64,000 nucleotides of DNA. Origin: Camelus ferus (taxonomy: Eukaryota). Both the position numbers and the translations under genes were made by a program. The notes beneath the pieces are model-generated. The model was not told where the DNA came from and searched no databases. It saw nothing but the letters and a program-made list of their open reading frames with translations. How positions within the stretch are numbered: position 1 is the first letter of the stretch; the number at the start of each line of letters is the position of its first letter. Below, piece after piece: positions 26,120 to 37,800 of the stretch. The DNA is taken from contig NC_045696.1 of NCBI RefSeq assembly GCF_009834535.1, positions 100,318,001 to 100,382,000 on the forward strand. Reading direction: 5' to 3'.

Positions 26120-26360
26120 TATATATTGCTACCACATGCACAATGCTGTTGTAAGGTTTTTGTATGTATATATTAATTCATTTTAGCTTTGAATGAACTA
26201 CTGGCTTCTTCACACTTCTAATATCCCCTATTTTATGTATAACGAAATAAGGGCACAGAGTACTTAGTTGCCCATGGTCAGATGGCTGTTAAGGGGCAGA
26301 ACATGGGTTTGAACCTAAGTAGTCAGCTTCAGGCTCTATGCATTTAACTACTGTCCTCCA
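26120..26360 (-). mobile_element. MIR SINE
   Basis: ccctattttatg..gaaataagggcacagag..gcccatggtcagatggct..gggtttgaacct. Confidence 0.75.
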
Positions 26361-26571
26361 TTCTGCCTTTCTCTCTGTGTGCTATATTGGGTCAGTGCAG
26401 TGGAAGGGCAGCATTTACCTGTCTGCTATGATAGTTGGGCCATTTCCTTGTATATAATGGTCTTTGCTCTCTCTGTGTGCAATAACATGTTCTGTGTTCT
26501 ATTGCCAAACACTGAATGCTAGAGGTTGGTGCAGAAGCTTATGAACTAGCCTAGATGAAGAACATAACCTA

Positions 26572-27680
26572 TTACTGAACTAAGGTCTGGTTGCTGGCCA
26601 CTCCCAAGCCAATATTCGAGAGGCAAATGTTAGTAGAAGGGAAAGTTGCATAAGTTGCTTTAATCAGAAAGCTGGCAATCTGAGAAGACGGACTCATGTC
26701 CCGAGACCAACTGTGAAGATTCTGCTCAGTTATGACAATTTTTTAAAGGGAAAAGGGGGAAACAATCTCAGTTAATCATTAAGGTAGGAGGTCAGATTCT
26801 CTGACCTTTTTCCATTGAGTGCAGACCTGCTGACTTCTGATCTTCCTTTCAATGCTCTCTTACCCACAAGGTCTGCCTGCATTTTTGAGGTCTACCTGCA
26901 GATTTACTAAGGGGAAGCTAGGGTAGAGAGTCAGTCATTCATTAATTCCCCATCCTGACTCCTTTTGATCCAGGAAATGAATCAGCAGGTTAGGCAAGTT
27001 ATTGTGTATATTCAGTAGAGCAGAAGTCAGGAGTTAGGTTTAATGTTACACAGTGATTGCATTTTTATAATTAAGATTTAAAGGGAACAGAAATATGAAA
27101 GTGGGAAAGGGACAAAACTGCTGCTTACAAATCTCCACTTGTCAGATATCATTCCATTTCTATGGGATTAGGGGCAAAGATCCATCTTCTGTAATTTCTT
27201 AATGCTGACATAGGACACTGAATTCTTAGACTGGAAAATGATGACATGGGTTTATAGCATCTCTTTACTGACAATTTTAGTTGCCTGCTTAAATATATGG
27301 GCAGAGCAAGCTACAATTATTTTTGATGCCCACAAAAATATAGATTATTATGAGCAATAGTGTCAGTCCTGTTCTCTTGAGGCCAGTTCTTAGTATTGAG
27401 CTAACCATAGATAGATCCAGTACCACTCAAGATGGAGAAGCTTCTAGCCTGACTACAGTCTGGTCATCATGCTGTTAGCATTTTCCCTCTGATGGCAGTT
27501 AAAGTATCCATAAAACAACTCAGAAATGTGCATCTGACACTGAGTCTGTGACTCTATTGTCTTAATCACTGACTGCTTGAGCCTCCTTTTTTGTGACCCA
27601 AGGAGGGCTGGGAGACTTCAGCTTTTCTAAAAACAAGAGGCAGGGGACTTAGAAGGGCCCGCAGGGTTCTGCTTGGTTCC
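26572..27680 (-). mobile_element. ERV1 remnant (LTR, 3' internal/env-tail-like sequence, second LTR fragment)
   Basis: LTR-like 26572-27130; hydrophobic, TM-like reading on the minus strand at 27280-27420; LTR-like 27470-27680. Confidence 0.6.
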
Positions 27681-27889
27681 AAAACCACCCAGTGTATATG
27701 GGTCTTTATTTCCTCATTTGTCAAATGAGGGTTTTGGAAGTACTATTTTTAAGGTCCTTTCCAGGTTCACACACACACACACACTTTTTGCTTGTGGCTG
27801 CTAAAGCTCAGTTTGGCATAAATGACCATATTCTAAAAGTACTTTAGGCACTAATAGAGTGACCTGTGCTACCTGAATGAATGTGTACC

Positions 27890-28550
27890 TACTGACATTT
27901 CTTAAGTGCATACTATTTCTGTATAATATTCTAAACTCCTAATTCATTTAATTTTACAATGACCTTATGAGGTAAGTACTATTCTCAACCCTATTTGATG
28001 GATAAGGAAACTGAGGCACAGAAAAACTAAATACCTTTCCCTGTACCAGCTGTAAATGAAGGAGCCAGGATTCAAACCCAAGCTGTCTGGCTGTAGAAGC
28101 TGCTTTCCTAACATGTACACTACAGTGCCAAAGTGTTTATTCAAATGAGTGGTGTGTTGACAGTGAAAAGGAAGTTGAAAACAGGAACTGATTTTAGAAA
28201 GGGACATGTTCTGAATACTGCTGAAAGCTAAGCATGTTTAGTGAAAAGGAAAGCCACACAGGCAAGTGTGTTGGAGATGCTGCAGGAAAACAATGCTTGA
28301 AACGTTCAGTGGACAATTCCAGAAGAGGTAGCTGGAAAAGACTAGAAAAGGAATGATAATAATAAGTAGCATGAATAATAATACCTAATCACTATTTAGA
28401 ACCCATTACCAAGTAGGGTAATACATGCTTTACAGATACTGACTCAACTTCATCCTCCTATATAAACTATAAGGTAGACATTATTATATACCCTGATTTT
28501 GTCAGTGAGGAAACGGCTGCAAAGGGAGATTAAGTAATTTGTCCTATCTG
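27890..28550 (-). mobile_element. Two MIR SINEs (27890-28125; 28380-28550)
   Basis: gaggaaactgaggcacaga-type core and ggagccaggattcaaaccca. Confidence 0.8.
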
Positions 28551-28579
28551 CCCAAAGACAGATGAAATAATTTGCCCAC

Positions 28580-29480
28580 TTAGGTAGAAGTTTTTAGTAT
28601 TAAAAACACATATTGACCATATATCAGTCAGTGCAGTAGATGCCATAGATAAAGATACTAAAGCAAAGACATAAAATTCTAGTCAGAAAAGACAGGCAAA
28701 TGTATAACTGGATGGCACCTAATACAATCCTGCTTTTTGGATGAGTGAGCCAGATGAGATGACAGCAAGGGGGCAGGGGCAAGACAGACCATATCTTTTA
28801 GGGAATCAGCAAGTTAGGTGGAGTGGGCTGCCTAAAGGTGAAGCTAAAAATCCAAGTGGGCTCTAGCTTATGGAAAGGTTGTGAACCAACCGTAGTAACA
28901 TAAATGATTTTTAAAGACTTCAAAGAGCTATTTAAAGGTTTTGATCAGGTAAAAGCAATATTCAAGGTGAAAAATGATGGTGCTTAAATAAAGGAGGGAT
29001 CATATGGAAAAAAACAGGAGGAGAGGGGATCAAAAGACACTGAGAAGGTAGTACTGAATGGACTTCAGGATAAATTGAATGTGGGAATAAAATAAAGGAA
29101 GGTATAAAAGATGAACTGAGTTCTGATTGGATGGTGATGTTGTTGGCAGATGGCAGGCAGATGGGCAAAGCAGATGAGATGTCTAACATGGATGGGTTTG
29201 GATCAGAGGTGTTTGGGGGACACCTAAATGGAAACATCTGGTAAATAGTTGGCCCTTGAGGTGTGGCTACCAGAATGATTAACTGAAGAGTCATCTGTCT
29301 AAGGGGAACAGGACTATCACAGAATCTGTACAGAGTGAAAAGAGAACAGATGATGGAAAAAAGACGGTCCCAGTAATTACAAGAGAGCTGGGAGAAAAAG
29401 CTGAAAGAAGAAAAGGAGTGAGCAACGATCTCAGGTACAGAGAGAGAAGAAAAATTTGAAAACATAGCCACTGATTCAAT
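28580..29480 (-). mobile_element. L2 LINE relic
   Basis: gagatgtctaacatggatgggtttg..gaggtgtt..acacctaaatggaaacatctggt purine-rich L2 pattern. Confidence 0.65.
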
Positions 29481-31521
29481 GACTAATTTTATATGAAGGC
29501 TGAAATGAGATTTATATGAATTGTAAGGTAGGTATATAAATTCTATACAGATATTTAGAGAGAAATGAAGTAAAAGTTATTGTAAGTAATGCACTAGATT
29601 ACACTATATGATTTGGGGAGACAATCTAATACAACAATTGTTCATAATTCATAACCTCTATCTTCAAGGACATATTAAATAACTTTTGATAGACTGTAAA
29701 GAGATAAATACATAAACTACAAAATGGGTAAGATAAATTATTTTGGTTTTTATCAGGTTGACTACATTTAGTTACTAGATAAGCTAACCATCTTCAAATA
29801 GTAAGTGTATGTTTTTAATAAGAACAATGTTTATGAACAAACACACCAAAACAGTTCTTCAGTATAAAATATTATGGAATAATGCCTTTGTTTACTCTGC
29901 TTGGAGTGTGAATAGTTAAATATCTGTGGTTTGTGGAGATGGTTAAAACCAGATAATGCATCTTTTGGATGTTTTCTGATGTTTCTGTTTATATTGAAGA
30001 TTTGCCGATTTCTTGGAGAAGTATAAGAAGCACGTTAGTCTGAATGTTTTGTCCTTCATAAAAGACATTTTGGTTATGTCTAAGCTCTAGTGTTTAATGG
30101 GAAACGGCAGCTTATTTCTTTCAGTATTTTTCCAATCATTACAAAAAAGCTGACCTATTTAAAAATTTTCTGGTAAGCCCTCCCCCACCCTTTTGCTAAA
30201 TTGGATTGGATTTGTTTGTGGAAGCAATGATATTGTTAGAATTCAGCCCAATACTCATAAATGGTTTTTGTTAAGTTTGGATAGGAAATCTATTAAGCTT
30301 AAAACATGCTTGAAAATATTCCTGAACTATCTGAATGAACCTGCCCATTCTCCTTTACATCTTTAAATTCTTATCCTCCTCTGTAATGTTTAAATGCTTC
30401 TGGAATTAGGGAGTTAGTCCTGCTCTTAGGAGAAGTTTGACTGAAAAGGATTTATTTCAAATCCAGGTAAATGACACAGGATTATTATTCACTGTGCATT
30501 TAGTGTCTGAACAATATCATCAGGAAACAGCCTGGTTTACAGATTTAGCACAGGTGGGCTAGAGACATTAAAATAAATGTAATTATGTTACCCATAATGG
30601 AAGCTCTGGAGAGTTCAAGGCAAAATGATTTGAAAAGTAGCACTAATGATTGTATTAGAATGGTAATTCTTCTCCATGCTTCTATTTTGATAGCTATACA
30701 AGAAGAAATTCAAAATCAAAACAAATTGCCTGGTTTTGGCTGCTTCACATTCATCTGGTCTTTTTACCAGCACCCTCCCTTTCCCCTTGAGAGCTGACCT
30801 CATCATTATCCCCATTATTGGGACAAACCTAGGGCTTCACTTTCCCTTAACACAGCATGTGCAGGTGACATTGTCTAGGTCATTCTTGTGCTTCTTCTCC
30901 AAGAAACAAAGAGCCTGAAATAGCTGGAGATTCACTTCTTCCAAGAGATTTGATTTACTCTTCCTGCAGAAGATGCTCCCTGCTTCCTAGTTTCCAAAAC
31001 TTCACTGTCCTTCACCTTGGTTCTTCAGATTCTCATTGATTATCTGAAAACTCAATAAACATCCAATACATTTCTCTTTGCCTAATGAACCAGAGTTGTC
31101 TTCTGTTACTTGTGTCCAAAGATCCCTAACTGATAAACTATTCTGAATACAGTTAGGACACATGTTCCTTCTACTTTAGGTAACCTATATATAAATCCTG
31201 GAACAGTATTCATTTTCTAAATCAAATTAATTACTTCCTGGTGAATCTAAACCATAAAATATCTTGATTCCTTTCTAATCACCTATTAGGTATAAGTTAT
31301 TGTCTTCCACTAAATGGAGTAAGATATTTTTAATACTGTAAAATTTTTTGGTTCCCATTCAGTTCGGCCATGTCCTTGAGCTTAGGAAGGTGGAGATGAC
31401 ATCTATTCCTCTCATTCCTGGGGGCACAGTACTCTCTTCTATTGAGCCCTGGCATTGGCTGGAATTAGCCAATGGCATACTGTGGGAAATAGTTTCTCAT
31501 CTAGATCAATTATTTTATTAG

Positions 31522-31805
31522 ACTTCATGAAATACGGATTTTAAGGATTCTGTGTAGCTCTACAGAGCCAGCACAGCCTGACTGTAGGGAAGCCATACTG
31601 AGAGAGTAAGTCCTGGAAAGTCCACCATCGACTTGAAAATGGACTAAATCCTTAGTCAAATTTTTGTGGACTACTCTACGATGCTGAAAGAGGTATAATA
31701 AACAAAACATCGTCCTCATCTTTTAGTAACTTTATCTAAATTTCAAACATGATGTTACAAAACTAGAGAAAATTTGAAAACAACACAAGATAGTTCATGA
31801 ATAAG
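31522..31805 (+). pseudogene. DHC_N1 pseudo-exon
   Basis: Acceptor tattttattag. Reads LHEIRILRILC, D*ILSQIFVDYSTMLKE and YLNFKHDVTKLEKI*KQ, compared with DYNKFRAGIKDLEVMTQN. Confidence 0.65.
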
Positions 31806-32719
31806 TATCTAAAGGAATATGGAGACCATTGTGGAGTGGATAAAGTCCCACTGTACATTTACACAGAAACATTTATTACCTGGTTAACATTGGATGTGTC
31901 ACAAAAAAAAACTTTACAACCCTCATTTTAAACTTAAAGCAATAGTTTCATTTATGAATGACAAAAACTTGTGGGAACAAAATCCTTGAGGTCTTTTTTT
32001 TTCAGATTTCAGATTTATGGCATGCTGACAATAAAGGAGAAAACAGTTGTGGTTTGTAGTTAGGAGCAGCAGGCCTGCTGAGAAAGTGGGAATTATTAAA
32101 AATGATCTTATTGAAAATAATAGCTAACAGTTGTCAGGCATTAATGTTTATAATATTGCCCTTAAATACTACCTGAAAAAAAAATACACATTGAATGACT
32201 GTAACTTCTGAAGTTCAGTTTTATACTGGTTGATCCTGAGAACAATCTTATGAGGTTGGTTATAATTATACTCGTTGCATAGATAAGGACTTTAAGGCAG
32301 AGCAAATTTAACTATTCCAAAAGTGATTCAATTAGTAACTTAAAAAGTAGTAGTAGAAGTCATACCTAGCTAGGCTTTTATGATCTCAGAAACTGTACTC
32401 TTTATTATTGTGCTATGACATACTTTAAGTATGTGAGATTCAAACAGGAACTTGAAGGATGAGTGGAATTTAGGAAGATGAGAAAAGACTTCACAGAGAT
32501 CTAAATCTACATGCGATATTTCAGTGGCTGGCCCCCTTAGGAAGTACTCTATAAATGCATACTGAATTAAATTAGTGCATAGTTTTACACCCAAAAATGG
32601 CACATAATGGGTTCTTAATAACGTGAGATGGAAAAGAAATCATAGATACTTCAGAAATGTGATTTTAAAATATTTTCCATCAAATGTCCTAGATAATGCT
32701 AGAGTTTATGAAGAGTTCC

Positions 32720-33440
32720 TGTTCTCCATTTCTTTTGGACACAAATTCCCTTGAAATTTGGTAAAGTCATGGGATTTGTTTTGACAAATTAAATGTTAGA
32801 AAACTCCTAGGAAGAAGTGTTCAAACTCTGGTATTCATATCTCCACACTGTTTTCCCCTTGTCTCCATGATCTTGGAAGCATAAGCTTATAAGAGGTGCC
32901 ATGAGTTTGAAACAGCCTCTAAAGGTGAGTATCCTTTAAGAGGACAGACACCCTGGAAAGTTCCTTGGACCTAAGCAGACTTCATAGGAGTGAGAAATAA
33001 ACCATTGGTGGTGGTGGGGTGTCTGGGTAAGCCCATTCCCCTCTGGAGGAGGGGGCAGCAACTATAGGGTGGGTTGTTCTGTTGATTAGGTGGCCAGGTC
33101 CTGGCTGTGGGGTGGGCAAGCCTGGCTATGGCAACAAGAGCAAAAACTTCCCCATCCTCGGGGTTGAACGTGTCGGGATGGGTGCCAACCCTGTGGGGTC
33201 TCCCATCTGTCTGCAGAATTGAATGTGACCCTACAGTAAGAAGCATCACATCCAAAAGCCAATGGCATGAGAACAGTGGAGCAGAAGACTAGAAAAGGCT
33301 GAGTTCTTGGGGAAAGCATGAAGTCACTGAACTACATGAAGAACTATATACCTTCAGGCTTTTGATATGTGTTATGATTTAGTGATTTTATTTCTTAAAC
33401 TAGTTAGTTGAGTTCTCTGTTACTTGCAACCAAGTGTTCC
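32720..33440. mobile_element. MaLR (MLT1) LTR relic with an internal LTR-like insertion
   Basis: gtgagaaataaacc at 32990 and ttgagttctctgttacttgcaac at 33408-33430. Confidence 0.5.
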
Positions 33441-34003
33441 CTATTTTACAGAACTAAACTCTGAGCTTCTAGTCTCAAAGTTGGGAGTTGGTAAGACATG
33501 GAACAGATTAACCAAACATATCTAATGGTTTTAGAAAAATTTCTCTAAAAATTGTCATGATTTGGAACTATGCATAGTTATTACCATTTGAACATGGCTC
33601 AGGTAACATGAATAGTTTCTTCCTAACATCTGAGTATGACAAGACCTAGAAATCATTCCTTTAGACAGTTAGTCAAATTTATCAATAACAATGTGTACGA
33701 AATGTTAATAATTAGGATGTTTTGGAAGAATGTTGAGTGGCACATAGGTTTGTTTCTCTTCCATTTTGACTTTAGACACAATTCCCAGAAATTTGATAAA
33801 ATCTTTCCTTTTACCACCACAGTTTTCTGGAATGTGGTGAGGAAGAGATATTTTTAAGTATAATTTTATTATCTCTGTATGAGTCAAGGAAAAGTTATAT
33901 TGAGAGCTTTTAAATGTTATGAAAAGATCAACTTTATGAAGCCAACCTCATAAAAATGGATAAAATGTGTAATATATAAAATGAAATGTACATAAATCTT
34001 CAG

Positions 34004-34440
34004 TTTTCTCTTCTTGATGTTTTCTGGCATATCAACCTGTGAGAAGTTAAAGCTTCGAATCCGTGAGCAACATTCTGCTCTCCAGAATTACACATCTTCT
34101 GAAATTTTTTTTTTAGTTATGAAGTTCATTTATTTGAAAATACAAAGCAATCCATTTGGAAATAAGTTGCAAAGAGTGGTCTTTCTCAAGTGCATTAAGC
34201 AAGATGTCTTCAGGATGAGGTAGTTTGTATTTTACAATTAGCACAAACTTATTAGTTCATGGATATTGCAGCAATCAAGGATGAACGAAGAGAAAGTGAC
34301 TGAAGTCCACTTAAAAATATTCAAGGAATAATGGTACCCATTGTACCTACCAAGGTTAGCAGAAATGGGCAAAATGTTACAGAAATAATTGAAGCTTGGG
34401 GGAAAAAGAGATTGTGAAAAGTCAGTATGTCTTCTACCCC
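34004..34440 (+). pseudogene. DHC_N1 pseudo-exon(s)
   Basis: ORF 34014-34223 gives FSLLLMFSGISTCEKLKLRIREQHSALQNYTSSEI, compared with VLLLDTFHRLASREAIKRTYDKKAVDLYMLFNSEL. Downstream: EKVTEVHLKIFKE*WYPLYLPRLA. Boundaries uncertain. Confidence 0.6.
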
Positions 34441-34500
34441 AAATAAAGAGGAACAAACTTTTTCTAGTGTATTAGTTTACAACGTAAATAGACAAGCCCT

Positions 34501-34560
34501 TCTATTAAGTAGACCACAAAAGAAAACTTGTCTATTATGTAGATCACAAAAGAAAACCCT
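34501..34560. repeat. 30-bp tandem duplication
   Basis: tctattaagtagaccacaaaagaaaac / tctattatgtagatcacaaaagaaaac. Confidence 0.9.
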
Positions 34561-34609
34561 TACTTGACTGATGGTTACATAACACAATTTAAAAAAAGAA
34601 AACTTACAA

Positions 34610-34811
34610 AAAGCTATCAACACGGAGCATGGGAGGAGGAGCACTAGTTACCACAACCATAAAGTTGCAGTTATTCACAAAAGTGAGAAATGTTTGTAAA
34701 AGCTGAAAACGTTTTCATAACCAAATTGAGAAAGATATTGTCAAACGGCTCATTGTTGAAGAAATGCTGTGCTGTGCTATTTTTCCGGGGACATTCAAAG
34801 TTAATTTTTGT
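34610..34811 (+). pseudogene. DHC_N1 pseudo-exon interrupted by L1 at the VNF motif
   Basis: 34707-34811 reads KRFHNQIEKDIVKRLIVEEMLCCAIFPGTFKVNFC, compared with recalled DNAH2 WTSSLDKDCIRRLDTPLLRISQEKAGMLDVNFD. TGA at 34704 lies near the conserved Trp position. Confidence 0.7.
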
Positions 34812-37800
34812 GAGGAAGGAGTGCCAAGATAGCAAAGCAGAAGGATGCTTAGCTCGCCCCCTCCCATGAATACACCAAGAGATACATCTACAGCCCTACT
34901 ATTTGCTCAGAATACCTGCTGAACTTTGGCAGAACATCTCTTACTTCAAAACACAAGAAGATTCCTCATAAAATGTGGCTGGAGGAAAAAAAAAATGAAG
35001 AAAAAGGAAATCAGTGTGGGATCCATCCCACACGGAGGGAGCGGCAAAGGAGGAAAAGCACGTTTACGCTGGAATACCCCCTCTCCCATTGGAGAGGTCA
35101 GTGGGGACAGAGGAGGAACCTCTGAGGCTCAGAGGCATACACAGCAGCCATTTGGCCGACAGAACGAAGACAAACCAGCACAAAGGATCCCTGCAATTCC
35201 CAGCCCTAGATGTGAGCCAGCAGGGGTGGGCCAGGACTGGTTGCTGAAGCCTGGGGAGAGGGATGGGACAGGCTGCACAGAGGCAGCCCCAGGGGCTAGA
35301 GTGTGCTGCAGGCTGTGGCTGGAAGTGTGTGCAGAACAGAACAGCCTAGGAGCCCCATAAAAAAAGCAACGCTGCTAGTGTATGTGGAGGAGAGGGGTGC
35401 AACACAGCTGGGCCATTGCTGCTGTCTCCCCAGGCCTGCAGCACTATTGTTGGCATGCTCTTGCAAGCAGAGAGGCGGGGCTCAGCCATAGCCAACATAA
35501 TCACTGGTGATTGGTTCCCAGTTGGAGACAGGGTTGAAACCTGAATCCATATCCATGGGCCCCACCACTAAATAGGTGTGGCTGAGATTTGTTCACAGCT
35601 CCAAGCAGAGAGGGAGTATTTGCTCTGCTGGTGCCTTTGTGGATCTGTGCCTCTAAGACAAACAAACAAGGAGTACAGTTCTGGCACATGGCGGGAGCAG
35701 GGGCAGCGTTTTCAGTGGAGCTGTGTGCCATAGGCAGATGCACCCAATCAGAACAGCAGATAGAAAAGAAAGTGAAAACAAATGAAAGCAATATAAGGGA
35801 CCTATGAGATAATATAAAGCATGCCAATCTACACATAATTGAAGCTCCAGAAGGAGAAGAAAGAAAAAAAGGGATTGTAAATGTATTTGAAGAAACCATG
35901 ACTGAAAACTTCCCAAACCTAAAGAAGGAATAAGATATCAAGTATAGGAAGCATAGAGGGTCCCAAAGAAGAAGAACCCAAACAGACCTACACCAAGACA
36001 TAATTAAGATGACCATAGTTAAAGATTAAAAAAAAAAAAAAAAGATTCTAAAGGCAGCAAAAGAAAAACATAGTTAGTTACAAGGGAACCCCCATCAGGC
36101 TTTCAGCTGATTTTTCAAAACAAACACTGCAGGCCAGAAGGGAGCAGCAAGATATATTCAAAGTCCTGAATGAAAAAAACCTTCAACCTAGAATACTCTA
36201 TCCAGCAAAACTATCCTTTAGAATAGAAGGTTAGAAGATTTTCAAAGACAAGCAAAAACTAAAAGAATTCAGCAATATTAAAACCTATCCTAAAAGAAAT
36301 ATTGAAAGGTCTACTCTAAATAGAAAATCATCAGGAGGAAGCTGTAGAAACGAGAAAACCATAATTGGAAATGCAATACTTACAACGAGTTGCAAGAGAA
36401 TAAACATGAAGATGTAAAAGAGGACATCAAAATCATAAAATGTAGGAGAGAGGAGCAAGAAAATACAGGGTTTTTTTTTTTTTCTTTTTTTCATTCTTTT
36501 TAGGATGTATTTGAGCTTATATGGGTACCAGTTTAAAGCAAACATATAGTAATGGGTACTTGAAAAACAAGGTAACTACAAATTAAAAGCATACAATAGA
36601 GCCACAAAAAACAAAAAGAAACCAAGGTAATACAAAAGAAAATGATCAAACCACTAAAAGAAAAAGAAAAAGAAAGGAACAAAGAAGAAATACTAAATCA
36701 ACTGTAAAACTAAGTTCAAAATGATTCAATAATTACCATAAATGTCTACGGACTAAATGCTCCAATAGAAAACACATACAGTGGCAGCTTGGATAATAAA
36801 ACAAGAGCCTACAATATGCTTCCTACAAAAGACCCACTTTAGGGTGAAGAACACACATAGACTGAAAGTGAGAGATGGAAAAAGATATTTCATGCAAATG
36901 GAAATGACAAGAATGCAGGAGTAGCAACACTCATATGAGACAAAATAGACTTTAAAACAAAAACCATAAAGAAAGATAAAGAAGTACACTATATAATGAT
37001 CAAAGGAGCAATATAGGATGAGGATATTATACTCGTTGACCTATATGCACCCAATATTGGAGCACCTAAATATACAAAGCAAATATTAACAGACATAAAG
37101 GAAGAAATTGATGGGAACACAATAATAATAGGAGACTTTAATATCCCATTAGCATCACTGGACAGGTCTTCCAGACAAAAAATCAATACGGCAATGGAAA
37201 TACTAAATGACACAACAGAACATTTGGACTTGGTTGATATTTTTAGGACATTATATCCCCCAAAACAGAATACACATTCAAATGCTCATGGAACATTCTC
37301 TAGGATAAACCACATATTCAGGCACAAAAGAAGCCTCAAGAAATTTAAGAGGACAGAAATTATTTCAAGCATCTTTTCTGACCACAATGGCATGAAACTA
37401 GAAATCAATCATCAAAGAGCTAGTTCTTTGAAAGAGTAAACAAAATCTAAAGTCAGCATAAGGAAAGAAATAATAAATATCAGGGAGGAAATAAATAAAA
37501 TAGAGATTAAAAAATAGAAAAAAAAATCAATCAAATCAAGAGCTGGTTCTTTGAAAGAGTAAACAAAATTGACAAACCTCTGGCCAGCCTCACCAAGAAG
37601 AAAAGAGAAAGGACACAAATAAACAAAATAAGAAAAGAAAATGGAGAAATTACAAACAATACCACAGCAATACAAAAAACCATAAGAGAATACTATGAAC
37701 ACCTATATGGAAACAAACTGAACAACTTAGAAGAAATGAACAAATTTCTAGAAACATACAGTCCACCAAGACTGAATCAAGAAGAAACAGACCAATCACT

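Noticed and set aside
28962..29471. 169-aa minus-strand ORF
   Set aside because: Lies within a degenerate L2 relic and has low-complexity Ser/Phe/Pro composition.
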